This document shows positions 50,155 to 63,608 of a stretch of 64,000 nt of DNA, piece by piece. The DNA is taken from positions 33,542,001-33,606,000 of the forward strand of contig NC_043003.1 in the NCBI RefSeq assembly GCF_006345805.1. Reading direction: 5' to 3'. How positions within the stretch are numbered: the stretch's first letter is position 1; every line of letters starts with the position of its first letter. Source of the stretch: Octopus sinensis. Lineage: Eukaryota. Below the pieces are notes generated by a model. The model was not told where the DNA came from, made no database searches, and saw only the letters and a list, made by a program, of their open reading frames with translations. The position numbers were made by a program, and so were the translations under genes.

Positions 50155-50669
50155 GAGTTAGAAAATATTTTAGTGGGAGAACACACGTGGTTTGATATAT
50201 ACAGAAAGCGAAAAGATGAAAAAACAGATTTGTCTTACAGGATTAAGGAGTATATTAGCGTCATAATAATAAAGATATACAATTTTGTACAAAATAAGAT
50301 TTTGTTCTTTCAACGTAATTGAGTTAAGAACCAGTTTCGCATTGGTCATCAAGCTAAAGGTTGTAAAACAGAAATATTGCTAGGGTAAAGACAAAGGAGG
50401 TAAATCTGTATTTTTTTAATTTTTGGTCTGTATTTTATATAGCCGTTTGTGAATTCTTATGTAACTGAGATAAAGTTATCTACGATATAATTGCCCTAGC
50501 GCTGAAAATAAGGAAGTAAATTATCAGTCATGTACAGGTATGAAATAAAACGAACTGATTGTCATTTGGAATATATTTTTCATTAGCGACGTACATCTTC
50601 ACGAATATATTATGAAAACACAGACGCATACTTTAAAAGTCCTTTATTATATACGTGTCTAAATATGGT

Positions 50670-50880
50670 TTTCAAATTTTGGCACAAGGCTAGTAGGTTC
50701 GTGGAGAGGGCCTAAGTAAATTATATCGACCCAACATTCAAATGGTATTTATTTTATCGACACCGATACGATGAAAAGCATAGTTAACATCGGCGGAATT
50801 TGAACTGAAAATGTAAGGACGGACGAAAAGCCGCTAAGCATTTTGCCCGGCGTGCTAACGATTATACGAGTTCGCCGCCT
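50670..50880 (-). mobile_element. CORE-type SINE
   Basis: Homologous to 9983-10219. Confidence 0.75.
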
Positions 50881-53800
50881 TGTACGTGTCTACATATTGC
50901 CATGCAATTTATTTTACCATATACGAAGCTCATTATTTCGGTTATTGTTTCATTTTGTAAATTTAAGAAAAAATGAAAAGTGTATGTTCTCATATTTTAA
51001 GCTCTGTTTACTCTGTGTACTGTAAGTTGCACAGATACACATGTGCGCGCGCAACAGTTTGTTTACAGGTATATATGTGTGTGATGTGTGTGTGTGTTTG
51101 CGTGTGTGTGTAACTGTATGTGTATGAGTGTACGTGTGTGTATGTGTGTGTGTGTGGTGTGTGTGTGTTTTACAGTGGAAATGTTGACTTTCATATCGAA
51201 GTTTATGTAGCTGTCTCTGGACAGTCTGATGTAAGTCATATATAAGAATCTTCGAAGCAACTGTGAGCATTACCTTGCAAAAGAGGATAAAAAATATATA
51301 TTACTTTTTACTAAAACGTATTGAGCAATCATTCAGTTTGATGTGTTGTGATTTTATAAATGATATTACGTAAAATTTAAGATATATATATGTATGTGTT
51401 TGTGTGTGTGTGTGTGAACGCGTGTAAATGTATATGTGCATATATGCATGCATGACACAACATTTCAAATGTGAATAAAACACATTTTAAAGAGAGAGGC
51501 ATTAGAATTAGACCATTATTGTTCTAATTATTCAGAATTTCCCTGTAATTATACATTGATGGCGCATGGTTAGAAAGTAGCTAGCTTACTAATAACGTCC
51601 AAAAACATCTAACAGGTTCTGTTTAATCGACGAATAATCTGGATTACAAAAAAAAAACAAAAACATTTCCCGTAAGTGTACATTCAACTGAAATTTGCCA
51701 CAAACATATAGGGAAACCTGTCTAAAGTTTAGCACACAGTTTTATTAGCCGACAGACATGTTTCAAGATTCTTTTCTTCTACTAACAAAATGCTCTTGTA
51801 CAAGGTTGCAGAAAGCCTTTCTCTTAGGGTTCTTGAATGGATTTGTTAAAAATGCATTGCTGTCAGTATTTATTTTTATATGCTAGTACATTAATAACGT
51901 AAACTACGAATTCGATTAACAATGATCAATAAAATAAATATTCGACTGAAATAAAACTGAGGCAGTATTCGCAACTTGTAGCACGTATTGAAGAATGGAA
52001 TAATACGTATTAAAAGTTATTTAATATCACCTAGTTCCTAAGTACAGCCTTCTCTATGAATATTTAGTTTTCTTATCCTAGCATTTTCGAAAGAACTAGT
52101 AATTTAAATAACTATAGGATGTCCTCAAGCTCATAGATATATAAGATATGCGTGAGTATAAAAATATACCTATACAACAGAATTAGCACATTTGCGCAAT
52201 ATTTGTACGTGCAATTTAATCTAATAAAGCTAATCCATATTATTCAAAACTTCGAAACATTCCTGGATTTGCCCATTTGGTTGTACATAAGTGGAAAGCC
52301 AACGTTCTGAAACTTGCCGACAACTACTCAAACATATTTCGTTTAATGGATATAAGTTTTGTTATTTCCTCTGTATAACAAATATTTCCATTATTTTTTC
52401 AGTAATCAAACCGGCAAGACAAGGAAACTTACAGATTACTACTTTTAAGAACAATAACAATTGTTTTAGGGCTCACGAAAAAGAAAAGATGTGGTATAAT
52501 AGCACCCAGTGTATATATACCTAGGAGAGCCGATGTAAATACGCAGATTAATCATATTCATTGAGTTATCTGAAGTTAGGAGAGAAACTTCGACAAGTCC
52601 ATGAGATATAAAAGAGAACATTCTCAGTAGGTAGCTATTATCATATCAAATTTTATTACTAAAATTTGTCGGCAAATGAATAGTAGAGAATTACAGACAA
52701 TTAATAAGAATTTTCTTTTTCTTTATTTGTTTTCATATCGAATGGCTATCAAAGCTGAATAAGAAAATATAAAAAGAAAGATTCTGAAGGATTTAGAAAA
52801 CGATAACCATCTACCACACACCAGAGAGACTATGAAATAAAATGTATTTTCTTTAGTAACGGCGGTTATAATGAGAAACACGCTCCAATACACACAGAAA
52901 TAAATGACTGCAACCAGCTAAAAACAAATTCTGAAAATTTATAAATTGAAACTTGAAGAAATAAATTCTTTTCCAAAAGAAGACAGGTCACAAACGGGCA
53001 ACATATCATAAAATGTGAAAAATGAACATTAATGAAACAGAAGCAATAACGAGACAAGAAAAATGAGATAAATATAAATGATATAAATCACCTAACTTAT
53101 GCAACAGTCCGTGTAATACTGAAGAAACGGGCTGTGAAAACAGTGAAAATTCTAAAAATCAAATAATGTAAGCAGCCGAGAAAATAAAATACATAAGGTT
53201 ATAAGACAAAAGTGAAATAGCAATAATATATCCGAAATACAAAGGGAAAAATAGCACAGCTATTAAAAAAACACTAACAATGTAACATTAAGAATGGAAA
53301 TGGACTTAATAAAAGAAAATCAAATTCAGTTAGCCAAATAAAAATAATAAAACAAAAAAGAGGGAATAAGCAGGAAATAAACTAATGGGAGAAATAAAAG
53401 AGGCAATCGAAGCGAAATAAAATGTTTTCGAGAACACAAACAATAACTTACATGGAGTTAAATGATAAAACACTTAACAATAGAAAATTCCTCAGTAGAA
53501 AGAAAGAAACCAAACAAAAAAAAACACAGAAAGAAAAGGAAACGAATAAAGCAAGAAAAATGTTTCAGTATTAGAGAAAATCTGGTATGGTGAAAAATAG
53601 CATATAAATAAACGAAGGAGGGAAACAAATAACAACTTGTGCCGTATACTAATATTATTACCAGGGTCAACAATCACATAGAGGGGTTGAATCGGAATAT
53701 GAGAGAAGAAATCAAAAAATAAATTATGTGATGAAATATATAACATCCCGGAAGACCTAATTTAAACAAATGTATGACAATATAGAGCATGAAAAATGTA

Positions 53801-54390
53801 AAAATCACACTCTCTGTCGAGCAAGGATGATTTTTGGATAAAATATAAATCATGCATTATTCAGCATGACATGCTGGCCTCGCTACAGGAAGAAACTAAG
53901 AGAAGAGGAAGATAACGATCAAAAGATATGAAAACTAAAAAAAAGAAAAAAAAAAAAAAATAGAAACGAAATTATGCTGTTGCGCGGGGCGAAAAATGTA
54001 TCAAGGTAATATGGGTGATGAGACGCCATACAGTTAACTACCAGAATAGTAGCAACAGCAACAAGGATTGTAGCAACTTGAAGGAAATAAACTCCATAAA
54101 GCCCGTACCCACGACAAAAACGGAACTGAAACTAGAACAACGAAAGGAAGCGCATCAGATTTACCAAAGCCATAATCAACATAAAGAGCATCAACATCAA
54201 GAGCAACGACACCTGCAGAATCAGGAAGCAAGAGAACAACTAACTTACCAATTTCTTCATGTCGTTCTGCGAAAAGAATGTTTTAAGCATAATATAATAA
54301 AAACAGCCGAAATATTTTCACCAGAATCTGCAAACTTGTAAAAGAATAATTTCCGGGATGATGTTAAAATACACAAGATAAAAACTTTCT

Positions 54391-54623
54391 TATTTCTTTA
54401 TTGCCCACAAAGGGCTAAACATAGAGTGGACAAACAAGGACAGACAAAGGGATAAAGTCGATTACATCGACTACAGTGCGTAACTGGTACTTATTTAATC
54501 AAGCCCGAAAGGATGAGAGGCAAAGTCAACCTCGGCGGAATTTGAACTCAGAACGTAACGGCAGACGAAATACCGCAAGGCATTTCGCCCGGCGTGCTAA
54601 CGTTTCTGCCAGCTCGCCGCCTT
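54391..54623 (-). mobile_element. Young CORE-type SINE with 18-bp TSD
   Basis: TSD ACAAGATAAAAACTTTCT is at 54373-54390 and 54624-54641. Confidence 0.9.
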
Positions 54624-56605
54624 ACAAGATAAAAACTTTCTAATGAGATCTTCACAAAATCCGGATTACTCGTTCTTTTAGAAGTAAGGAAGAAACCTCC
54701 CTCAGTTTCTTTTTCTGTTTAATGTATCAGTTGATGGGTTGGTTTTATAAATGCACGTACTCTGACGTTGGCTTCGACAAAATCTTTTGTTGAATGACTT
54801 GTACAAATGCGGTGATCTCAGCGAAACCAATATATTTGGTGATGCGCACATTCAGTCTTCTGGATATAAGCTTCATTCTGTCAGGCCACCTCGAATGGCG
54901 TAAAAGCTTTCTTCCAAGTTATCTGGATTTCGAGGAAAAATCGATAATTCAGGATGTAGATAGATGGTCAGTGGTTCTGGTATCGAACTGTAATGAACGA
55001 GGTGCCTTCAGACCACTTCCCGGTTATATTCTGCAGAATGCTTTGCAGTTGCGCTTCTCGAAGAAAATTATTCTAAGATTCATGTCGCTCATTATCATTA
55101 GTGTCTGTAGGCGACTATATACGCATCTGAGATAAACACCAGTTTAAAAAAGATTTCGAAAGAAATAATACTGAAAAAATAATATTGATAAAAATAAAAG
55201 CTTGTTCAGATAATTCCAAAATTCTGTATTTCCATCTAGATAGAGTTTGTTAGGTTAAAGGATAGCAAAGAGACATTACAGTTTCAGGGGTTTGTTGCAC
55301 GGGATCAAAAATTATGTTTACTCCGCCAGATTAGGTGAGACACGGGGAGGCTATAGAAAAGAGATTAGTGAGTTAGGTTAGAGGTAACAGGACGATAGTT
55401 GGCAATCAGTTGTAGATTCACAACAAGAATCTACTCGCAAATTTAAGCAAATGATATGTAATGATAAGTAACAATGGATTGGAGGAAGATCTATGAAACA
55501 ATTTTGAAGTAATTGTTAGGGAAGCCACCACAACAGATGGGAGAGCGGAAAAAATGGCACGCAATAACTCCTTTAACAAGAATACGCTGTTCGAGCTAAT
55601 GCGGATAATCTAAGAGTCTAGAAAACGAAAGACTTTAAAAGGGACCGTGTAAAGTGGTGCGAGCTAACTATATCTCTATGGTAAGGTCCTTGATGAGATG
55701 CAATGAGGAAGTACTAATCGACTCGAAGCCGATGCGAGAAATTTACGAACGGCATATTGCCTGAATGTTTAGAGTTTTATATCTGTGTTAGACTAGAGTT
55801 AGTAGCACGCCCGAGTAAGGGCGCAAACAAAGAAGACAGGGTAGATAATCTGATATTAACTACTTTCTTGCATCGATAGTTGAATATTTTATCTACATAT
55901 AACGATGTTGATGCTTGTCATCTGTAGGACAACATTGCAGCCGTTCTCACGGTTTCACGTTTTTTTAGGAATATATGGTATGTTATTTCTATACGTCAGA
56001 GACTAGGCTGCTGCATGAAGGAGATTTGATCGCTAAGTCTGATAAGGCAGTAGATTACGTAGAGGATCCAAGGTTGGCTCGCATAAAGTTGGATCTCTAT
56101 GAATATCATGAAAATACAAGCAATACATGCATTTTCAGAAAACCGAAACACAGAGTCAATTAGTTAAATTGGAGTAACAGTTCCTGATTCGCAAAAACTC
56201 TATATAAGTTAATGCCTGTCATTCAACCAGTTCCATTGACTAGTCCTACTCACCATTTGTGATTCATGAAAGTATATAGTATTCTGAAGCAAAATAATCT
56301 ATGCTTGGTTATTGGGTAACGTATTAGCACACTGTGCACATTTATGATATCGCATATAATATAATAGCAGGGCATTATAATCAAATACGAATCGGTTATA
56401 TCAGAGTTAGATAATCGTTAGCATGTTCCCTTTTACATGTACTAAGTGTTATTAACCAAATATGTATTACCTCTGTTTATACAATTTCACCATAAAACAG
56501 GGAAAACGATAGAATGAAAACAATGTTATTTATTTCTTGGCTCTATATAATCAACTATATCTAACCCACAAATGTACCTCATTGTAGTGTTCTAGCGATC
56601 ATCAT

Positions 56606-56991
56606 GGAAGCACTCCGTCGGTTACGACGGCGAGGGTTCCGGTTGATCTGAATCAACGGAACAGCCTGCTCGTGAAATTAACATGTAAGTGGCTGAGCAC
56701 TCCACAGACACGTGTACCCTTAACGTAGTTCGCGGGGATATTCAGCGTGACACAGAGAGTGACAAGGCCGGCCCTTTGAAATACAGGTACAACGGAAACA
56801 GGAAGTAAGAGTGAGAGAATGTTGTGGTGAAAGAGTACAGCAGGGATCACCACCATCCCCTGCTGGAGCCTCGTGGAACTTTTAGGTGTTTTCGCTCAAT
56901 AAACACTCACAACGCCCGGTCTGGGAATCGAAACCGCGATCCTATGACCGCGAGTCCGCTGCCCTAACCACTGGGCCATTGCGCCTCCACA
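56606..56991 (-). mobile_element. Full-length family-A tRNA SINE with 12-bp TSD
   Basis: TSD AGCGATCATCAT is at 56594-56605 and 56992-57003. Confidence 0.9.
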
Positions 56992-57469
56992 AGCGATCAT
57001 CATAGCAACCTGTAGCATGAAAATGGGATTGCATGGTAACAGCATTACAATATTTTGATACCTCGTCTCTTTAAGTTCTGAATTTAAATATTTGTGCGAT
57101 CAATGTAGCTTTCATCCAACCAGAGCTGATAAGGTGAGTACCACTCAAGTTCTAAAGACTATATAATCGATGTTAAGTTCCCAGAAAATGCGTGGCCTTG
57201 TATTTACGTTAGAACCTAAATGAATCTAATTTCCTAGTTTCTATTTCAGTTACCCACTCAATTCATCTATAATCGATTTGTAGGTGCAATTTACGCACTG
57301 ATGCTGCAGGAAGAATTGATATGCCACATACTATAAAGGAACTATTTTGTGTGAGAAATATGATAACTGGGCTCGTAATTTGCTTTACATACTCAATGTT
57401 TTTGAGAAAGACGTGAATATCGCAATTTCCATATAGCTTATACACACACACATACAACCGCATCGTTCC

Positions 57470-57580
57470 GAGTTCAATACCACAGCGGGGCAGCCTGGGT
57501 AGGCGTCCTCTACTAGAGTGTCTGGCAGACCAAAGCCTTGTGAGTGGATGTGGTTGACGGTAACTGAAAGAAGGCAGTCG
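57470..57580 (-). mobile_element. SINE 5' head fragment
   Basis: Homologous to 33542-33697. Confidence 0.65.
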
Positions 57581-57599
57581 TATATATATATATATATAT

Positions 57600-58430
57600 A
57601 CACACACAATATAATATAAATAATATATAAATATATGCATACATATATATACATATCTACATATATATCTATATATGCATGCATATATGGGTACAGGACA
57701 TCAAAAACAAAAATGACGTCCACATAAAAAACATAAACATAGAAAACGATCTATATTTCGAACAACGAAATAAATAAATACAGAAACGAGACAGGCAACA
57801 TAAATAACATTCCCTTCATCAGTTGTCCCCTGTTTCATCTACTCCGCGTTGCGAGGGTAGGGACAAGACGCTACTTCGTTAAAACAATCCTTCCTGTCAA
57901 TCAAATTAAATAAAAATTTGTGATGTTTTGTGGAGTGTTAAAGTGGTAACAAAAATAGAACAGTAAGAATAAAAAAATAAAAGCAACCGGTGAAGGTTGT
58001 TAAGCCAAGACGACGTGAAGTGGTAAACGCTGGTAAAACGAGCTTTGAGAAGAGACAGGCAAAAGCACATCTTGTTTTTTGGAAGGAATTGGAAGATGGA
58101 TAGCCGTTCGTCACGTGTAAGCAACGAGAGATTCAAGCAGGAAGAGTGAGAGAGAGAGGAGGGAACGGTGAAGGGGCAGAAGAAGAATAGGGAAAGGGTG
58201 GGAGAGAAAAATAGAAAGAGAGGAAAATACATAGAAAGAATAGAGGGATAGAGTGCGCATCGGAATTAAAGATAAAACTTACTTGAAAATGGATGCGTGG
58301 TGTTCGATCATATAATAATATCAATAATATATAAATATATGCATATAAACATATATGTACATACCTACATATATATGTATATATACATGCATATATGGGT
58401 ACAGGACATCAAAAAAAGTCAACAAAATGT
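57600..58430. repeat. Non-autonomous repeat with direct terminal repeats 708 bp apart
   Basis: GCATATATGGGTACAGGACATCAAAAA occurs at 57681-57707 and 58389-58415. Confidence 0.6.
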
Positions 58431-58848
58431 TAAACGAGGTTCAATTTACAAGGAAAGATTCAGAGGAGCATCTATTTTGTTCAAATATGTCTGTGACGCA
58501 GTTTAACTACTAAAGGCAATTTCATTTACGGTATAACATCTAAAAATATCTTTACCTTTATCAGACCCCTGGTCGTGTCTTTGACTCTTACCCTTCCTCA
58601 GCAGGTACGAAAGAGAGTTAACTTTGAGTAGATTGGAAAACCGTAGCTTCATAAAAGAAAAGCCAGCAAAAATACTTGAAGCAACTTAAAGTTCATATAG
58701 GAGTTCGTTAGTGTATGACAATGAGTTGACACTGTTTTTACACCTTTCACCGTTAGCTGGAATTTTTTCCACGGTGCACTAAAGTGTGATTGTATTTACT
58801 ATTTTAAATATGTCACAAAAATGTTGAACTAACTTAAATTTCGTTAAT

Positions 58849-58889
<41 letters not shown>

Positions 58890-58954
58890 TTAGAAATATT
58901 ACATTTCTAAATCTCTCAGAGAGATTTATACAGTAGCAGCACGATAAATTGATG

Positions 58955-59330
58955 GTTTGTTGCCTACTTCATGTGAAAATCCCAGTAAAGGGAAGAATGC
59001 TACTGGTATAATGCCCCAGAAAACACATTTTCCAGTTGGTCATGTGACACAAGCGTACTGTGCCCGTATGTTTTCAAACAGAAGATATAAGCACCTCCAC
59101 CCAGCAGAGTCAACATCCAGAGAAGCAAAACTACTTCAGTCTCATGAAAAGCAATGACTCTGAAACTAGTCTCTAGTTGCTGGGAGGAGGTGCTTATCTT
59201 CCCTGTTTGAAAACAATAGGGCACAGTACGCTTGTGTCATATGGCCAACAGGAAACGGTGCTTCTTGGGACTAAATAACAGTAGCATTCTTCCCTTTGCT
59301 GTAACTGCCACATTAAGTTGGCGACAAAAA
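58955..59330. mobile_element. Fold-back MITE-like element (arms about 150 bp, spacer about 70 bp)
   Basis: GACACAAGCGTACTGTGCCC, TGTTTTCAAACAG, ATAAGCACCTCC and AAAGGGAAGAATGCTACTG are mirrored between 58955-59106 and 59178-59330. Confidence 0.8.
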
Positions 59331-59938
59331 ATGTCTTTATATATACATGTATACAGTAATAGCTCGCTATACAGGTTAAATTGTTCCCGGAGAAAACCGC
59401 TTGTAAATTGAAAACTCATAAAGCAGAGCAATAATTTTCCATAGTAAGAATGTTATAAATCGTAATTCGTTCCCAGAAAAATATTTTACTTATGGAATTT
59501 ATAATACTCGTAAATATATGGCAATGAAACAACAGTAGTACGTAAAGAATACTTTTTGTAAAGTAAAATGAATGTGAAGATTATTAATATTATAATCGAT
59601 TTCGGAATCCATTTCACTCGCACTAGATTAGCGTACACCACTCGTAGATACGATGGCCGACTCACAAGCTCTCGTAGAAGGACTTGTAGATTTCTTTTCA
59701 AAAAACAAGTCTAAAATTGTTTGCCTAGAATTTTTTTTTTGCTATTTTCTTGGGAACGCACAAAAGCATTTGTTATGGCAATAGAAACTTTTGCACTTCA
59801 TTTAGAAAATGGCCGTTTAACAGATTTATATTTATTAGAAAACTCGTCAACCCGGCGTCTCATAAAGAGGGGTCCTCATAAAGTGAGATATTATAGAATG
59901 TATACATACATACATATATACATACATACATACACACT

Positions 59939-59990
<52 letters not shown>

Positions 59991-60105
59991 TATATATATA
60001 TATATAAAACGGGAAGGTTTACGAAAATAAACAAAAGACGAAGGCAGGTGGAGTACAAACAAACAATGTATTAGTATGGCGCTCAGGAATAGAAATAAAA
60101 CAAGT

Positions 60106-60143
60106 CTTTTACGTTTCTCGAGCCTACGCTCTTCGACAGAAAG
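60106..60143 (-). ncRNA. Degenerate hammerhead-like motif
   Basis: CTTT-CTGTCGA-a-GAGC-gtag-GCTC-ga-GAAA-CG-TA-AAAG; the core has A6 changed to T, plus 2 extra nt. Confidence 0.4.
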
Positions 60144-61084
60144 ATACACTGAAAAGAAACAAGGAGAGAAAAAAATTGCGTGTAGGGGCTAACGATCCAA
60201 CATGACGTTATATATATATATATATATATACTCTTTTGTTTTTAATTATTTAAAATCTTCCTCTGCTAGTTTCTAACAAAGATACAAATCTCCATCGCTT
60301 GAACGTAGATAACACTATGTTGTTGCCTTTAATGTTTAGGAAAAAGTCTTGCATATTTTTACTATTTCACTTACAGACTGTATTTGCAATGTGTGGGTTT
60401 GTTTATTTCTTTTTCTGAATAGGCATTTATTTACAAAAGCAATTGCATAAATTTTTCTTGGTATAAATATGAATTTATAATGTGGATATAGGAACAGGAA
60501 CTTTCGAAGTAGATATCTATAGTTAGCTTCTTATTGTCTTCTGAAACTAGAAACAAAACCAATGAAGGTATGGCCATTATTAATCGATATTCAAAATGAA
60601 GATTTATAGAATAATGTAATTTGAAATATACAATTGCATATCGCTTGAATTCAATTTTTGAAACGTGTAGGAAACGTTAAATATTACAATCTTCGTCCGC
60701 ATCTCCGAAGTGGTAATTGAATTCTTCGTGTTGAACTAAGCTTTGAGACTGAAACAGGAGGGACGGAACTCGTGTAAAATGGGACTGATTACTATACCTT
60801 TCATTTGGATATCCAAGACAGTTACACTGTGTCGCGCTGAATCCGCCTGACAGTTAAGTGAGGACCTGTGTGTAGAATTATGCCACACCATGACATTAAT
60901 TCGCTTAATAGGAAATTTTAGACGATCGAACTACTGTATACTCATCTTCGAAATTACATTACATGAGCTAACAAGGGCTCCACATCATAGTAGCAATACT
61001 TGGTACTAGTATACTTCATGTCGTATGTACATATGTATATGCATACAAACCTCGACCAACTATTCTGCCAATACTTCTGGGCAC

Positions 61085-61282
61085 ACCTTTGAATGCAGTA
61101 TATGCCAGAGGGTTTGCAAATTCAGCGGAGTCCTCAAGAAACATTTTAAGAACCACAACGAGCAGGACTTATCTGTAGCTCTTGGTGTTCCAAATCGGAG
61201 GTGCAATCTATGTGGGTATCTCATCGGAACATTGTCTGGTTTAAAAATCCACATCAGATGCCATGCTGGGACTAAGGTGTAG
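61085..61282 (+). pseudogene. Two C2H2 zinc fingers, probably the C-terminus of an RTE-type LINE ORF
   Basis: CSICQRVCKFSGVLKKHFKNH and CNLCGYLIGTLSGLKIHIRCH both fit C-x2-C-x12-H-x3-H, and there is no TGEKP linker. Confidence 0.6.
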
Positions 61283-61344
61283 GTGCAAGTGGTAGTAAAA
61301 CACTGCATAAGGAGTAGACAACCACAATATACATGTGTCTGGGA

Positions 61345-61456
61345 GAGACAGAGAAAGTGAAAGAGAGAGAGAGAGAGAGAGAGACAGTGAGCGTGAGAGT
61401 GTGAGAGAGAGAGAGCGTATATAGACAGATAAATAACCAGACAAACAGACAGACAC

Positions 61457-61503
<47 letters not shown>

Positions 61504-61516
61504 GATAGATAGATAG

Positions 61517-61551
<35 letters not shown>

Positions 61552-61600
61552 CAGGTAGATAGATAGATTAATAGATAGATATATAGACAGACAGATATAT
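61345..61600. repeat. (GA)n/(GACA)n/(GATA)n microsatellites
   Basis: Direct reading of the sequence. Confidence 0.95.
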
Positions 61601-62379
61601 ATTTAGAACCGCCCAAAGAGGAAATTCATATTCGGTAACTCGACCCGTTAGAAATAGCACCCAAATCTCCTTCAAATTGCACTCCCCCCCCCGTTCAATG
61701 CTACTTATTTTTACAATACACGTCCATCCTTGAGACCGTATGCTAATTCATCATAAAGCCAGAGAATCAGGTATTTTATTACTTATGTAACATTATATAA
61801 CATTTTATATACACTGTAGTTACTGAACGACTGAAATTTATAAATACATTAAAAGAAGAATATCGAAAAACTATTTGCATTTGTCGGCCTTTTATTTTAG
61901 CCAATATTTTTTTCTTTATATTGTCTTAATTTAATTAATACCACATGGGAACTTCAAAACTGATTCTATATTTTAATATTCATTAATTCTTCAAAACAGC
62001 ATAAATATTAGCGAGATTTCGTACATATAGTAATGAAAAATTAATAAACAGTAGTTGGAAATTAAATCTTGATATATCGAGTAAACACGATGTTGTCTAG
62101 TAAGTTTCTTGTTTTCATGGGATAAGTATTTAAACTTTCAGATGTTAGGAAGATGATTGGTTCTGCTTTGATGATATTTATGAAATAACTTTTGATTGGT
62201 ACAGCACTGAACTTGTAAGAATCTTTGAAATGAATGACAAATTAATAACAATTTAACTTCAAGTTTTATGAGAGTTGATATTAAAGAATTTTCAGGGCAA
62301 CCTAGTGCATGCTTATGAAAAATAAAATAACAATGATTTCATATATTATTACTGTAAACATGTAACAATATCGCTTTGA

Positions 62380-62700
62380 CATTTAGGCACGAGGCCAGCA
62401 ATTTCGAGGGTGATGGTGACTAGGTGATGCCAGGAATACCAGTATTTCGTTAATACTTCATTATATCGAACCTCTCGAAAGGATAAAAGGTAAAGTTGAC
62501 ATCGTTAGGATTTGAACTCAGGATTATAAGAGTGAAAATATATAACACAAAGCATAACTTTTCTACTATAGGCACACGGTCGGAAATTTGTAGGGAGCGG
62601 GGGGGGGGAGGGGTACTAGTCGATTACATCGAATCCGGTGTTTTACTGATTCTTAATTTATCGATCCCCGAAAGGATGGAAGGCTTCAAATTATATCAAA
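62380..62700 (-). mobile_element. Two partial degenerate CORE-type SINEs
   Basis: CGAAAGGATAAAAGGTAAAGTTGAC..GATTTGAACTCAG and ATCGATCCCCGAAAGGATG. Confidence 0.55.
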
Positions 62701-62984
62701 TTGCTTCAAGTATTAATGCAATCACAAGGTGTTATCGACACTACAACAGATAAATTCTTTCTATCTAAATGCCTTTATAAATGTGCGTATGCGTGTGTTT
62801 GTCCGTGTGTGCGTGTGTGAGTGTCTGTGTGTTTGTGTCTGTGTGATTGTGGGTGTGTCTGGAAGTTTACACAATCTGTATTGCTATGTCCCGTTGTAAG
62901 TTAATGGTTGTAAGAAACTTTATACAAGTATGATAGCGTTGGGTAGCAAAAAGAAAAAAACAAAAATATTGTTTTTAGAGAAAA

Positions 62985-63125
62985 TAAGGCCTTATTCTTT
63001 GTAAGCCTAGTACTTATTCTATCAGTCTCTCTTGCCGAACCGCTAAGGGACGGGGAAGTAAACACACCAGCATCGGTTGTCAACCAATATTGGGTGGACA
63101 AACACAGAATCACAAACATATACAT

Positions 63126-63157
<32 letters not shown>

Positions 63158-63322
63158 ACGACGGGCTCCTTTCAGTTTCCGTCTACCAAATCCACACACA
63201 AGGTTTTGGTCAGCCCGAGGATATAGTAGAAGACATTTGCACAAGGTGCCACGTAGTGGGACTGAACCGAGAACCATGAGGTTGGTAAGCAAGCTACTTA
63301 TCACACAGCTACTCCTACGCCT
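62985..63322 (-). mobile_element. Composite CORE-type SINE with an internal microsatellite
   Basis: Same architecture as 33285-33697. Confidence 0.8.
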
Positions 63323-63566
63323 ATTTTAGAAAATATTTTGCACTTTTTACACACCCACGAGCACACTTATAGTCACTCGCATATGCATCTGCATGAATGA
63401 ATTATATATAGATTTCTAATATATATATAACAAATATTTACGTATGTCTATTTCTATACGTGTGCGCGTGTATGAATTATAGGCATACTTTTTTAAAACA
63501 CATTATTTGTTTTCAGGGGTTACTCTTCCATACATGTCACTCCTCAAATCGAATGCCATGTTGCAA

Positions 63567-63608
<42 letters not shown>

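Noticed and set aside
54794-55135. 113-aa non-repetitive ORF
   Set aside because: No recognisable motif or splice context; compatible with chance.
55400-55760. Possible decayed RTE-like inter-domain coding remnant
   Set aside because: No diagnostic EN or RT motif was recovered; too many stops to support a call.
57781-57880. CTGATGA motif on the minus strand (and a related one at 2469) as a hammerhead
   Set aside because: No GAAA or stem III in a compatible position for any hammerhead topology.
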